From the NCBI RefSeq assembly GCF_045037415.1, contig NZ_CP173438.1: a stretch of 64,000 nucleotides of DNA. One strand, 5' to 3'. Positions 1-11,173 of the stretch are shown here, piece by piece (position 1 is the first letter of the stretch; every line of letters starts with the position of its first letter). The position numbers were made by a program, and so were the translations under genes. The notes under the pieces are model-generated. The model searched no databases, was not told where the DNA came from, and saw only the letters and a program-made list of their open reading frames with translations. This DNA comes from Escherichia coli (GTDB taxonomy: Bacteria; Pseudomonadota; Gammaproteobacteria; Enterobacterales; Enterobacteriaceae).

Positions 1-620
1 ATGAAAAAGGCAAAACTCGCCTCTCCAGCGTACTGATGCGCAACGAACTGTTTAAATCGATGGAAGGACATCCCGAGCGACACCGCCGCAACTGGCAGCT
101 GATTGCCGGAGAATTACAGCATTTTGGTGGCGATAGTATCGCCAACAAACTGCGCGGACACGGTAAATTGTATCGCGCCATTTTGCTCGATGTTTCAAAG
201 CGATTGAAGCTGAAAGCCGACAAAGAGATGTCTACGTTTGAAATTGAGCAACAGTTACTGGAACAATTTCTGCGTAATACCTGGAAGAAAATGGACGAGG
301 AACATAAGCAGGAGTTTCTGCACGCGGTCGATGCCAGGGTGAATGAGCTGGAAGAGCTGCTGCCGCTGCTGATGAAAGACAAATTATTGGCAAAAGGTGT
401 GTCGCATTTGCTTTCCAGCCAATTGACCCGCATTTTACGCACCCACGCAGCAATGAGCGTGCTTGGGCATGGTTTGCTGCGCGGCGCGGGTCTGGGAGGC
501 CCTGTGGGCGCAGCATTAAATGGGGTTAAAGCGGTCAGCGGCAGTGCCTATCGCGTGACAATTCCAGCCGTACTGCAAATCGCCTGCCTGCGCCGGATGG
601 TTAGCGCCACTCAGGTCTGA
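1..620 (+). CDS. yaaW: YaaW (UPF0174/DUF3944 family) protein, 5'-truncated at window edge; reading frame enters from upstream of position 1
   Basis: Open frame with no stop from position 3 to stop at 618-620; translation matches recalled YaaW C-terminal region; synteny next to satP. Confidence 0.8.
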   Translation, partial: EKGKTRLSSVLMRNELFKSMEGHPERHRRNWQLIAGELQHFGGDSIANKLRGHGKLYRAILLDVSKRLKLKADKEMSTFEIEQQLLEQFLRNTWKKMDEEHKQEFLHAVDARVNELEELLPLLMKDKLLAKGVSHLLSSQLTRILRTHAAMSVLGHGLLRGAGLGGPVGAALNGVKAVSGSAYRVTIPAVLQIACLRRMVSATQV

Positions 621-768
621 TACCGGAAACCGGGGAAAATTTTCATTTTCCCCTCAAAAGATCGTAGACACTGCCCCACTGGCTGATTATTATGCCGCGC
701 CCTGAAAACACTACAGTTATTCAGGGAAATTATTTCACCATTCATTCGATGATGATTTTTGAGGAATT

Positions 769-1335
769 ATGGGCAACACTAAGTTGGCTAATCCGGCACC
801 GCTGGGCCTGATGGGCTTCGGCATGACCACCATTCTGCTTAACCTGCACAACGTGGGTTATTTTGCTCTGGACGGTATTATTCTTGCCATGGGCATTTTC
901 TACGGCGGCATCGCGCAAATTTTTGCCGGTCTGCTGGAGTACAAAAAAGGCAACACTTTCGGTTTAACCGCATTCACCTCTTACGGTTCTTTCTGGCTGA
1001 CGCTGGTTGCAATTCTGCTGATGCCGAAACTGGGGCTGACCGATGCGCCAAATGCACAGTTCCTTGGTGTCTACCTGGGTCTGTGGGGCATATTTACGCT
1101 GTTTATGTTCTTCGGCACGCTGAAAGGCGCACGCGTTCTGCAATTCGTTTTCTTTAGCCTGACCGTGCTGTTTGCCCTGCTGGCGATCGGTAACATTGCC
1201 GGTAACGCCGCGATCATCCACTTTGCCGGCTGGATTGGTCTTATCTGCGGTGCCAGCGCAATCTATCTGGCGATGGGTGAAGTGCTGAACGAGCAGTTTG
1301 GTCGCACCGTTCTGCCGATTGGTGAATCCCACTAA
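769..1335 (+). CDS. satP: Succinate-acetate/proton symporter SatP (GPR1/FUN34/YaaH family), 188 aa
   Basis: ORF 769..1335; N-terminal NPAPLGLMGFGMTT motif typical of YaaH family; multiple TM segments; synteny. Confidence 0.93.
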   Translation: MGNTKLANPAPLGLMGFGMTTILLNLHNVGYFALDGIILAMGIFYGGIAQIFAGLLEYKKGNTFGLTAFTSYGSFWLTLVAILLMPKLGLTDAPNAQFLGVYLGLWGIFTLFMFFGTLKGARVLQFVFFSLTVLFALLAIGNIAGNAAIIHFAGWIGLICGASAIYLAMGEVLNEQFGRTVLPIGESH

Positions 1336-1345
1336 TTGTTTTGAG

Positions 1346-1373
1346 ATCCCCCCGCTCGGGGGGATTTTTTTAT
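1346..1373. terminator. Rho-independent terminator hairpin (atccccccgctcggggggat) plus T-tract, shared by convergent satP and mog
   Basis: Perfect GC-rich inverted repeat followed by T run immediately after satP stop; T tract overlaps the mog stop codon. Confidence 0.7.
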
Positions 1374-1957
1374 TCGCTAACTTCGCGTCTTGCACTCTTC
1401 GGTCTGAATGCTGCAACCACTTCCGGTGCCGTTTCAACGTATGGCCCTTCCAGCAACTGAATGCAGTACGGTACGCTGGCAAAAATACCGTGCACCACAA
1501 CGTTACCCTCAGCGTCCTTCACACCTTCCAGCGTCTCTTTAATAGACTTCGGTTGACCGGGTAAGTTAAGGATCAGCGCCTGTTTGCGAATCACCCCCAC
1601 CTGACGCGAAAGGATCGCAGTTGGTACAAAATGCAGGCTGATCTGGCGCATCTGTTCACCAAAGCCTGGCATCTCGCGGTCCGCTACTGCCAGCGTCGCA
1701 TCGGGCGTTACGTCACGACGCGCCGGGCCAGTTCCGCCCGTGGTAAGCACCAGATGGCAACTCATTTCATCCACCAGCTCACACAACGTTTGCTCGATGA
1801 TCGCCTGCTCATCGGGAATTAAGCGGGTTTCCAGTTCAAACGGCGTGGTTAGCGCCGATGTCAGCCATTCTTCCAGCGCAGGGATGCCTTTATCCTGATA
1901 AACGCCGCTGGATGCGCGATCAGAGATGGAAACTAAGCCAATACGTAAAGTATTCAT
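1370..1957 (-). CDS. mog: Molybdopterin adenylyltransferase Mog, 195 aa (start taken at second Met, MNTLRIGLVSISD)
   Basis: ORF 1370..1960; MogA/MoaB fold signature GGTGPARRDVTPDAT; synteny talB-mog-satP. Confidence 0.93.
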   Translation of the reverse strand: MNTLRIGLVSISDRASSGVYQDKGIPALEEWLTSALTTPFELETRLIPDEQAIIEQTLCELVDEMSCHLVLTTGGTGPARRDVTPDATLAVADREMPGFGEQMRQISLHFVPTAILSRQVGVIRKQALILNLPGQPKSIKETLEGVKDAEGNVVVHGIFASVPYCIQLLEGPYVETAPEVVAAFRPKSARREVSE

Positions 1958-2071
1958 CAAGATTTTTCCGTTTAAACAGTCTCGTTAAACAGAATGATAC
2001 ACTGCGAAGGGAGTGACAGACAGGTTTCAGAAGAGGTAGCGTGACCGACTTCCCGGTCACGCTAAGAATGA

Positions 2072-3025
2072 TTACAGCAGATCGCCGATCATTTTTTCCA
2101 GTTTTTCCTGGTCAACAGCAAACTTACGGATACCTTCCGCCAGTTTATCTACTGCCATTGGATCCTGGTTGTGCTGCCACAGGAACTCGGACTCAGTGAT
2201 ACGCGCCGGACGCGCTTTCACTTCACCAGTGTAAGACAGTTTACGTTCGATAGCCCCTTCGCTCTCCGCCAGCTCTTTCAGCAGTGCCGGTGCGATGGTC
2301 AGACGGTCGCAGCCTGCCAGTTCCAGAATTTCGCCGATGTTACGGAAGCTTGCGCCCATAACCACGGTTTCATAACCGTGCTCTTTGTAGTACTGGTAGA
2401 TTTCAGATACAGAAACCACGCCTGGATCTTCTGCCGGAGCGTACTCTTTCTTATCGGTATTCGCTTTGTACCAGTCAAGAATACGGCCAACAAACGGCGA
2501 GATCAGGAACACGCCCGCTTCCGCACAAGCACGAGCCTGAGCGAAGGAGAACAGCAGGGTCAGGTTACAGTTGATGCCTTCTTTTTCCAGCTGTTCCGCA
2601 GCACGGATACCCTGCCAGGTAGAAGCCAGTTTGATCAGAATACGATCGTTGCTAATACCTGCATCGTTGTAGAGTTTGATCAGGCGTTTTGCTTTCGCAA
2701 TTGACGCTTCGGTGTCATAGGAAAGACGCGCATCAACTTCAGTTGAGATACGGCCCGGAACCAGTTTCAGGATTTCCAGACCAATATTTACGGCCAGTTT
2801 GTCGGTCGCGTCCACGATCTGCTGCGCGCGATCGTTGCTCTGCTGTTTCGCCCAGGCGACAGCATCATCAATCAACTTACGGTATTCCGGAATCTGCGCT
2901 GCGTTAAGAATGAGAGAAGGGTTGGTTGTGGCATCCTGCGGTTGATACAGCTTCATTGCCGCGATGTCCCCAGTGTCGGCCACTACGGTGGTGTACTGAC
3001 GAAGGGAGGTCAATTTGTCCGTCAT
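2072..3025 (-). CDS. talB: Transaldolase B, 317 aa (start at [10 protein letters not shown], internal to the longer track ORF)
   Basis: ORF 2072..3088 contains recognisable TalB sequence; expected 317 aa length from MTDKL. Confidence 0.95.
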
Positions 3026-3303
3026 GATAGTATTTCTCTTTAAACAGCTTGTTAGGGGGATGTAACCGGTCTGCCCTGATGATATCACGACGCAACGTCA
3101 GCGCAACCGCCGACAAGACGGTTATCGCCAGGCGAGACTGTTTCGGATTTCTGACACTGCGTTGATATCGCCCGCCATTTTTATACAAAACCTCATGTAT
3201 GCTACGCAGAAGTTATCAAGTACCTCGTAGCGTATATACTTCTTAAACAATTGGTAACGTTTACACAGGAAAGTCATCGCGACCGGCAATAAGAGGGATA
3301 TGC

Positions 3304-4734
3304 ATGCCAGATTTTTTCTCCTTTATTAACAGCGTCCTTTGGGGTTCGGTAATGATTTACCTGCTCTTCGGCGCAGGTTGTTGGTTCACTTTTCGCACCG
3401 GATTTGTGCAGTTTCGCTACATCCGCCAGTTTGGCAAAAGTCTTAAAAATAGCATTCATCCACAGCCAGGCGGTTTAACCTCATTTCAGTCATTGTGTAC
3501 CAGTCTTGCAGCGCGCGTGGGTAGCGGCAACCTGGCCGGCGTTGCGCTGGCAATTACCGCCGGTGGACCTGGAGCCGTCTTCTGGATGTGGGTTGCCGCA
3601 TTTATCGGCATGGCGACCTCGTTTGCCGAATGTTCCCTCGCACAGCTTTATAAAGAACGTGATGCCAATGGGCAGTTTCGTGGCGGACCGGCATGGTATA
3701 TGGCGCGCGGGCTGGGGATGCGCTGGATGGGCGTTCTGTTCGCCGTCTTTTTGCTCATCGCCTACGGCATAATTTTCAGCGGAGTTCAGGCGAACGCCGT
3801 TGCGCGAGCCCTGAGTTTTTCTTTTGATTTTCCCCCGCTGGTGACAGGTATTATTCTCGCTGTCTTTGCTATGCTGGCGATCACTCGCGGTCTTCATGGC
3901 GTCGCCCGGCTCATGCAGGGGTTTGTCCCGTTGATGGCGATAATCTGGGTACTGACCAGCCTGGTGATTTGCGTAATGAATATCGGGCAACTTCCCCACG
4001 TCATTTGGTCTATTTTTGAGAGTGCTTTTGGCTGGCAGGAAGCGGCAGGCGGCGCGGCGGGATATACCTTAAGCCAGGCGATTACTAACGGTTTTCAGCG
4101 CAGTATGTTTTCCAATGAGGCGGGAATGGGGTCGACGCCAAACGCGGCAGCGGCAGCTGCGTCCTGGCCTCCGCATCCGGCAGCGCAAGGAATTGTCCAG
4201 ATGATTGGCATTTTTATCGACACCCTGGTCATCTGTACGGCAAGCGCCATGCTGATATTACTGGCGGGTAACGGCACAACCTACATGCCGCTGGAAGGTA
4301 TTCAGCTTATCCAGAAGGCGATGCGGGTGCTAATGGGTTCCTGGGGTGCGGAGTTTGTTACCCTCGTGGTTATTCTGTTTGCCTTCAGCTCCATCGTTGC
4401 CAACTACATTTATGCCGAAAACAATCTCTTCTTTTTACGCCTGAACACCCCTAAAGCGATCTGGTGTCTGCGGATCTGCACCTTCGCAACGGTCATCGGC
4501 GGCACCTTGCTAAGTCTTCCGCTGATGTGGCAACTGGCAGATATCATTATGGCCTGCATGGCTATTACCAATTTGACCGCCATATTACTGCTCTCGCCTG
4601 TGGTTCATACCATTGCCAGTGATTATCTACGCCAGCGTAAACTCGGCGTGCGCCCGGTGTTTGATCCGTTGCGTTATCCGGAGATCGGTCGCCAGCTTTC
4701 TCCGGACGCGTGGGATGATGTTTCGCAGGAGTAA
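3304..4734 (+). CDS. yaaJ: Alanine/glycine:cation symporter (AGCS) family transporter, 476 aa
   Basis: ORF 3304..4734; polytopic membrane protein with AGCS-family features; synteny. Confidence 0.9.
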   Translation: MPDFFSFINSVLWGSVMIYLLFGAGCWFTFRTGFVQFRYIRQFGKSLKNSIHPQPGGLTSFQSLCTSLAARVGSGNLAGVALAITAGGPGAVFWMWVAAFIGMATSFAECSLAQLYKERDANGQFRGGPAWYMARGLGMRWMGVLFAVFLLIAYGIIFSGVQANAVARALSFSFDFPPLVTGIILAVFAMLAITRGLHGVARLMQGFVPLMAIIWVLTSLVICVMNIGQLPHVIWSIFESAFGWQEAAGGAAGYTLSQAITNGFQRSMFSNEAGMGSTPNAAAAAASWPPHPAAQGIVQMIGIFIDTLVICTASAMLILLAGNGTTYMPLEGIQLIQKAMRVLMGSWGAEFVTLVVILFAFSSIVANYIYAENNLFFLRLNTPKAIWCLRICTFATVIGGTLLSLPLMWQLADIIMACMAITNLTAILLLSPVVHTIASDYLRQRKLGVRPVFDPLRYPEIGRQLSPDAWDDVSQE

Positions 4735-4803
4735 TCACAACTATCGATCAACTCATTCTCTTTTTTTGCTAAAGTCGGCATAAATTTCCTGCAAGGACTG
4801 GAT

Positions 4804-5580
4804 ATGCTGATTCTTATTTCACCTGCGAAAACGCTTGATTACCAAAGCCCGTTGACCACCACGCGCTATACGCTGCCGGAGCTGTTAGACAACTCCCAGC
4901 AGCTGATCCATGAAGCGCGGAAACTGACGCCCCCGCAGATTAGCTCCCTGATGCGCATCAGCGATAAACTGGCGGGTATCAACGCCGCTCGCTTTCATGA
5001 CTGGCAGCCAGATTTCACACCGGAAAATGCCCGCCAGGCAATTCTGGCGTTTAAAGGTGATGTCTACACTGGCTTGCAGGCCGAAACCTTCAGCGAAGAC
5101 GATTTCGATTTTGCCCAACAGCATTTGCGAATGCTTTCCGGCTTGTATGGCGTACTGCGCCCGCTCGATTTAATGCAGCCTTATCGTCTGGAAATGGGGA
5201 TACGTCTTGAGAATGCCCGAGGGAAAGATCTGTATCAATTCTGGGGAGATATCATCACCAACAAGCTGAACGAGGCGCTCGCAGCACAAGGCGATAATGT
5301 AGTGATAAATCTGGCGTCAGATGAGTATTTTAAATCGGTGAAGCCGAAGAAATTGAATGCCGAGATTATCAAGCCAGTGTTCCTCGATGAGAAGAACGGC
5401 AAATTTAAGATAATCAGCTTCTACGCTAAGAAAGCACGCGGTCTGATGAGTCGTTTCATTATTGAAAATCGGCTGACCAAACCAGAGCAACTAACTGGTT
5501 TTAATAGCGAAGGTTACTTCTTTGATGAAGCTTCCTCCAGCAATGGCGAACTGGTGTTTAAACGCTACGAGCAGCGTTAA
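4804..5580 (+). CDS. yaaA: Peroxide stress resistance protein YaaA (DUF328/UPF0246), 258 aa
   Basis: ORF 4804..5580; sequence [16 protein letters not shown] characteristic of YaaA; synteny. Confidence 0.92.
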   Translation: MLILISPAKTLDYQSPLTTTRYTLPELLDNSQQLIHEARKLTPPQISSLMRISDKLAGINAARFHDWQPDFTPENARQAILAFKGDVYTGLQAETFSEDDFDFAQQHLRMLSGLYGVLRPLDLMQPYRLEMGIRLENARGKDLYQFWGDIITNKLNEALAAQGDNVVINLASDEYFKSVKPKKLNAEIIKPVFLDEKNGKFKIISFYAKKARGLMSRFIIENRLTKPEQLTGFNSEGYFFDEASSSNGELVFKRYEQR

Positions 5581-5589
5581 GTTTGTAGT

Positions 5590-5615
5590 CAATGCCGGAT
5601 GGCAATCCGGCATTG
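5590..5615. terminator. 10-bp-stem hairpin (aatgccggat/atccggcatt) between convergent yaaA and yaaX; likely bidirectional terminator
   Basis: Perfect inverted repeat filling most of the 39-bp intergenic gap; no strong T-tract, so confidence moderate. Confidence 0.5.
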
Positions 5616-5619
5616 ATAT

Positions 5620-5916
5620 TTAGCGATGATGTTTGTCAGGCCCCGGACGATGATCGCCACGATGATCATTGTGCTTGTTATGGCGCGGCGATGGCGGCGG
5701 TCCATATGGGTGCCAGCGATTGCCTCGCCATTCATAATGTTGTTTCCACCAGCCGTGGTCGCGCCAGTGACCGCCATCCCAGTAATAGCCACGATTATCA
5801 CGATCGCCTATCTGTAATTTTACTGACGGGACTAGCGTAATTTCCGCAGCCTGCGCTGCCATGGGAGCGAACAGAACCAGGGAAAGTGCGAGTACGATAG
5901 ATTGCATCTTTTTCAC
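5620..5916 (-). CDS. yaaX: Small secreted His/Trp/Arg-rich protein YaaX (DUF2502), 98 aa with signal peptide
   Basis: ORF 5620..5916; N-terminal signal peptide ending AQAAE; low-complexity basic/aromatic tail; synteny downstream of thrC. Confidence 0.85.
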   Translation of the reverse strand: MKKMQSIVLALSLVLFAPMAAQAAEITLVPSVKLQIGDRDNRGYYWDGGHWRDHGWWKQHYEWRGNRWHPYGPPPSPRHNKHNDHRGDHRPGPDKHHR

Positions 5917-6073
5917 AGGTTACTCCTTTTATCATTGCCCGTTATGGGTCGATATCCGGAGATTACGCGATGAGAACGGCAGTTGTTATTCTCCGCAATC
6001 CTAATCTCTAAGTTACCGCATTTATTGAGAATTTCTCCTTTTTCCCTGTCGTTTTTCTCCATATTTTCTTCAT

Positions 6074-6107
6074 AAAAAAGCCGGGCTGCATAAAAGCAAA
6101 CCCGGCC
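6074..6107 (-). terminator. Probable thrC (thr operon) terminator: GC stem (gccggg/cccggc) followed by U-tract on the minus-strand transcript
   Basis: Inverted repeat followed by A-run on + strand (U-run in thr transcript) about 25 nt after the thrC stop. Confidence 0.5.
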
Positions 6108-6129
6108 TGATTGAGATAATGAATAGATG

Positions 6130-7416
6130 TTACTGATGATTCATCATCAATTTACGCAACGCAGCAAAATCGGCGGGCAGGTTATGCGAAAGCAAGGGTA
6201 AATCAGCACGTTCTGCCAGCTCTTTTGGCAGATCCAACGTTTCACCGAGAATCGCTTCCACGCTCTCTTTAAATTTTGCCGGATGCGCGGTGCCGAGGAA
6301 CAAGCCATATTCGCCTGGATTCAACTGGTCACGCAGCGCACGATAAGCTACGGCAGCGTGCGGCTCCGAGGTATAGCCCAGTTCTTTTAACTCACGCATT
6401 GTCTGTTGCGTGGTTTCATCATCCACGGCTGCATACCCCAGCTCTTTCAGTTGCCAGATTTTGCGGCGGAACAACTCTTCCACACGCGGCCAGTTGTTTG
6501 GCTGGCTAACATCCATCGCATTGGATAACGTCGCCTGAGTCGCTTTGGGTGACCACTGACCGCCGTGCAGGAAACGTGGCACGGTATCATTCACGTTGGT
6601 CGCAGCAATAAAACGCTTCACCGGCAGGCCAAGAGATTTCGCCAGCAGGCCCGCTGTCAAATCGCCGAAGTTACCGCTCGGCACCGAGACAACCAGCTGG
6701 TTGCGCGCTTCCTGCGGCAACTGCGCCACGGCTTCAAAGTAGTAGCAAATCTGCGCCAGCAAACGGCTGATGTTAATGGAGTTAGCAGAGTTTAGCCCCA
6801 GCGCCACTTTCAGCTCTTCATCATCAAACGCCTGCTTCACCAGCGCCTGACAGGCATCGAAATCGCCGTCGATGGCAACAGTTTCGATATTGCCGCCCAA
6901 TGTACAGAACAGTTTTTCTTGCAGTGGACTGATTTTGCCTCGTGGATAGAGGATAACCACTTTCACATTCGGTAAACCGTAGAAAGCATGAGCCACTGCC
7001 GCTCCAGTATCACCGGATGTCGCGGTCAGAATGGTCACTGGCTTATCGCCCGCAATATGGGTCAGCATTTGTGCCATAAAGCGACCGCCGAAATCTTTAA
7101 ATGCCAGCGTTGGCCCGTGGAACAATTCCAGACAACCGACATCGCTTTCAACATTGGCGACCGGAGCCGGGAAGGCAAACGCCGCACGTACGCGCTCTTC
7201 CAGGATTTCCTGCGGGATTTCATCACCAATAAACGCCGAGAGGATCTTCGCACTGCGGGTGACAAAATCCAGCTTCAGCATCTCATCAATTTCAGTCAGG
7301 CTGAATTCCGGCAGGTCGTGCGGAAAAAACAGCCCCTGATTTTTGCCTAACCCCTGGGTTACGGCTTGCGCAAAGCTGACCTGCTCATTGTGATCTTTCA
7401 GATTGTAGAGTTTCAT
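6130..7416 (-). CDS. thrC: Threonine synthase, 428 aa
   Basis: ORF 6130..7416; PLP-dependent threonine synthase sequence; last gene of thrLABC. Confidence 0.97.
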   Translation of the reverse strand: MKLYNLKDHNEQVSFAQAVTQGLGKNQGLFFPHDLPEFSLTEIDEMLKLDFVTRSAKILSAFIGDEIPQEILEERVRAAFAFPAPVANVESDVGCLELFHGPTLAFKDFGGRFMAQMLTHIAGDKPVTILTATSGDTGAAVAHAFYGLPNVKVVILYPRGKISPLQEKLFCTLGGNIETVAIDGDFDACQALVKQAFDDEELKVALGLNSANSINISRLLAQICYYFEAVAQLPQEARNQLVVSVPSGNFGDLTAGLLAKSLGLPVKRFIAATNVNDTVPRFLHGGQWSPKATQATLSNAMDVSQPNNWPRVEELFRRKIWQLKELGYAAVDDETTQQTMRELKELGYTSEPHAAVAYRALRDQLNPGEYGLFLGTAHPAKFKESVEAILGETLDLPKELAERADLPLLSHNLPADFAALRKLMMNHQ

Positions 7417-8349
7417 TTAGTTTTCCAGTACTCGTGCGCCCGCCGTATCCAGCTGGCAAATATGAACAAAACCTTCCTGATTTTGCAGGTAGTTCTTACC
7501 CAACCAGTCGGCAACGCGCTGAGCGGTATCCGGCTTGTCACACAGAGCGAACAAGGTCGGGCCGGAGCCGGAGATACCGCTCGCAACCGCGCCGATTTCC
7601 GCAACCGCCTGCCGCGCCTGCCGGAAGCCAGGCAATAACCGTTCACGGTAGGGTTCAGCGATAACATCTTTCATCAGCTTCGCGGCAAGCTCAGGCTGAC
7701 GGGAATAGCAGGCGTGAATGAATCCTGCCAAATGTCGCCCGTGCGCAATGCAATCCTGGCGGCGATACTGCGCCGGTAAAATAGCCCGGGCTTCTGCCGT
7801 CGAGACTTTAATCCCCGGATACGCCAGCACCCACAGCCACTCATCAAACCCTGGCACTTGCTGACTGATGATGTCGTTTTCTTCAATCATCAACTGCATA
7901 CCACCAAGAAAACACGGTGCCACGTTGTCGTAATGAATGCTGCCGGAGATACGCCCTTCCAACTCGCCCATCAAAGCCAGCAAACGAGTGTCATTAAGCG
8001 GCTTGCCGCAGTGTTCATTCATCGCCATCAGCGCCGCGACCACTGAACAGGCGCTGGAGCCTAAGCCCGAACCGATCGGCATATTCTTTTCCAGAGTCAT
8101 CGCCACTGGAATTTGCTTGCCAAGCTCCTGGCAAAAACGCTCCCAGCACTGATAAACGATATTTTCCCGTGGCTCTGACGGCAGCTTATCGGCAAAGCGT
8201 CCGAGGTTGTTGAGACTGAATGTCTCTGCTGCCTCAACCGTGACTACATCTCCGAGCAATGCACCATCAACAGGTGTCACCGCCGCCCCGAGCACATCAA
8301 ACCCGACGCTCATATTGGCACTGGAAGCCGGGGCATAAACTTTAACCAT
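7417..8349 (-). CDS. thrB: Homoserine kinase, 310 aa
   Basis: ORF 7417..8349; GHMP kinase motif [10 protein letters not shown]; abuts thrA and thrC. Confidence 0.97.
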   Translation of the reverse strand: MVKVYAPASSANMSVGFDVLGAAVTPVDGALLGDVVTVEAAETFSLNNLGRFADKLPSEPRENIVYQCWERFCQELGKQIPVAMTLEKNMPIGSGLGSSACSVVAALMAMNEHCGKPLNDTRLLALMGELEGRISGSIHYDNVAPCFLGGMQLMIEENDIISQQVPGFDEWLWVLAYPGIKVSTAEARAILPAQYRRQDCIAHGRHLAGFIHACYSRQPELAAKLMKDVIAEPYRERLLPGFRQARQAVAEIGAVASGISGSGPTLFALCDKPDTAQRVADWLGKNYLQNQEGFVHICQLDTAGARVLEN

Positions 8350-8350
8350 G

Positions 8351-10813
8351 TCAGACTCCTAACTTCCATGAGAGGGTACGTAGCAGATCAGCAAAGACAC
8401 CGGCAGCTGTAACGTCATTGCCCGCACCATATCCGCGCAGTACCAACGGCAGCGGCTGATAATAGTGGCTATAGAAGGCCAGGGCGTTTTCGCCATTTTT
8501 CACTTTGAACAGCGGATCATTACCATCCACTTCGGCAATCTTCACGCGGCAGACGCCATCTTCATCAATATTGCCAACATAGCGCAAAACTTTTCCTTCA
8601 TCACGAGCCTTCGCCACACGCGCGGCAAAGAGATCGTCGAGCTGTGACAGATTCGCCATAAAAGCGGCAACATCACCCTCGGCGTTAAACTCTGCGGGCA
8701 GCACAGGTTCAATTTCAATATCCGCCAACTCCAGTTCACGTCCCGTTTCACGAGCGAGAATCAATAGTTTACGCGCCACATCCATACCAGAAAGATCATC
8801 TCGCGGGTCCGGTTCGGTATAACCCATTTCCCGCGCCAGTGTGGTCGCCTCGGAGAAACTCATGCCTTCGTCTAACTTGCCGAAGATATAAGAAAGCGAA
8901 CCTGAAAGAATGCCGGAGAACTTCATCAATTCATCACCAGCATTGAGCAGATTTTGCAGGTTCTCAATAACCGGTAATCCAGCCCCAACGTTGGTGTCAT
9001 AGAGGAATTTACGCCGCGATTTTTCCGCCGCATAACGCAACTGATGGTAGTAATCCATCGACGAGGTGTTGGCCTTTTTGTTCGGCGTAACAACGTGGAA
9101 ACCTTCGCGCAGGAAGTCGGCATATTGATCTGCCACAGCCTGGCTGGAAGTACAGTCAACAATGACCGGGTTCAGCAGATGATATTCTTTCACGAGGCGA
9201 ATTAAGCGCCCGAGATTAAACGGCTCTTTGGCTTGCGCCAGTTCTTCCTGCCAGTTTTCCAGATTAAGGCCATGTACATTGGTGAGCAGTGCCTTCGAGT
9301 TAGCAACACCGCAGACACGTAAGTCGATATGTTTATTCTTCAACCAGCTTTGCTGACGCTTCAGTTGCTCCAGCAGCGCACCGCCAACGCCACCGACGCC
9401 AATCACAAACACTTCGATAACCTGATCGGTATTGAACAGCATCTGATGAGTAACGCGCACGCCAGTGGTCGCATCATCGTTATTGACCACGACAGAGATT
9501 GAGCGTTCAGAAGATCCCTGAGCAATGGCGACAATATTGATGTTGGCGCGGGCCAGCGCGGCAAAGAATTTCGCCGAGATCCCACGTAAGGTGCGCATAC
9601 CATCACCTACCACCGAGATAATGGCCAGCCGTTCCGTCACCGCCAACGGCTCCAGTAAGCCTTCTTTCAGTTCCAGGTAGAACTCTTCCTGCATTGCCCG
9701 TTCAGCTCGCACACAGTCGCTTTGCGGAACGCAGAAACTGATACTGTATTCGGAAGATGATTGCGTAATCAGCACCACGGAAATACGGGCGCGTGACATC
9801 GCTGCAAAGACGCGCGCCGCCATGCCAACCATCCCTTTCATCCCCGGGCCGGAAACGCTGAACATTGCCATGTTATTCAGATTGGAAATGCCCTTGACCG
9901 GTAATTCGTCTTCATCACGGCTGGCACCAATGAGCGTACCTGGTGCTTGAGGATTTCCGGTATTTTTAATCAGGCAAGGGATCTGGAACTGGGCGATGGG
10001 GGTAATGGTGCGGGGGTGAAGAACTTTAGCGCCGAAGTAAGAAAGCTCCATCGCTTCCTGATAGGACATCGACTTCAACAACCTCGCATCGGGCACCTGA
10101 CGCGGATCGCAGGTATAAACACCGTCAACATCCGTCCAGATCTCGCAACAATCGGCGCGTAAACAGGCCGCCAGCACCGCAGCGGAGTAGTCGGAACCGT
10201 TGCGTCCCAGAACCACCAGCTCGCCTTTTTCATTACCGGCAGTGAAACCAGCCATCAGCACCATGTGGTCAGCCGGAATGCGGCTTGCCGCAATACGGCG
10301 GGTGGATTCAGCAATATCAACGGTAGATTCGAGGTAATGACCCACTGCCAGCAGTTTTTCGACCGGATCGATAACGGTAACGTTGTGACCACGCGCTTCT
10401 AACACGCCGGCCATAATGGCGATCGACATTTTCTCGCCACGGCAAATCAGCGCAGCGTTGATGCTATCCGGGCACTGCCCCAACAAACTGATGCCATGCA
10501 GGACATGTTTTATTTGGGCAAATTCCTGGTCGACGAAAGTTTTCAATTGTGCCAGCGGAAATCCCGGCTGGGCGGCGGCGAGTCCCGTCAGAAGTTCGGC
10601 AAAAATACGTTCGGCATCGCTGATATTGGGTAAAGCATCCTGGCCGCTAATAGTTTTTTCAATCATCGCTACCAGATGGTTGGTAATTTTGGCGGGGGCA
10701 GAGAGGACGGTCGCCACCTGCCCCTGCCTGGCATTGCTTTCCAGAATATCGGCAACCCGCAGAAAACGTTCTGCATTTGCCACTGATGTACCGCCGAACT
10801 TCAACACTCGCAT
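8351..10813 (-). CDS. thrA: Bifunctional aspartokinase I / homoserine dehydrogenase I, 820 aa
   Basis: ORF 8351..10813; begins [17 protein letters not shown]; full length bifunctional enzyme. Confidence 0.98.
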
Positions 10814-10839
10814 GGTTGTTACCTCGTTACCTTTGGTCG

Positions 10840-10880
10840 AAAAAAAAAGCCCGCACTGTCAGGTGCGGGCTTTTTTCTGT
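10840..10880 (-). promoter_or_regulatory. thr operon attenuator: intrinsic terminator hairpin (gcccgcac..gtgcgggc) with U-tract between thrL and thrA
   Basis: GC-rich inverted repeat flanked by A8 and T6 runs, positioned between leader peptide stop and thrA start. Confidence 0.85.
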
Positions 10881-10894
10881 GTTTCCTGTACGCG

Positions 10895-10963
<69 letters not shown>

Positions 10964-11173
10964 TGTTGTGTACTCTGTAATTTTTATCTGTCTGTGCGCT
11001 ATGCCTATATTGGTTAAAGTATTTAGTGACCTAAGTCAATAAAATTTTAATTTGATCACGGCAGGTAACCAGTTCAGAAGCTGCTATCAGACACTCTTTT
11101 TTTAATCCACACAGAGACATATTGCCCGTTGCAGTCAGAATGAAAAGCTGAAAATCACTTACTAAGGCGTTTT

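Noticed and set aside
232-516. 94-aa ORF antisense to yaaW (position of the historical htgA annotation)
   Set aside because: Overlaps yaaW completely; composition looks like an antisense artefact; cannot be supported from sequence alone
5589-5840. Several short ORFs (5589..5801, 5592..5840, 5626..5817) overlapping yaaX
   Set aside because: Alternative-frame artefacts of the repetitive His/Arg/Trp-rich yaaX coding sequence
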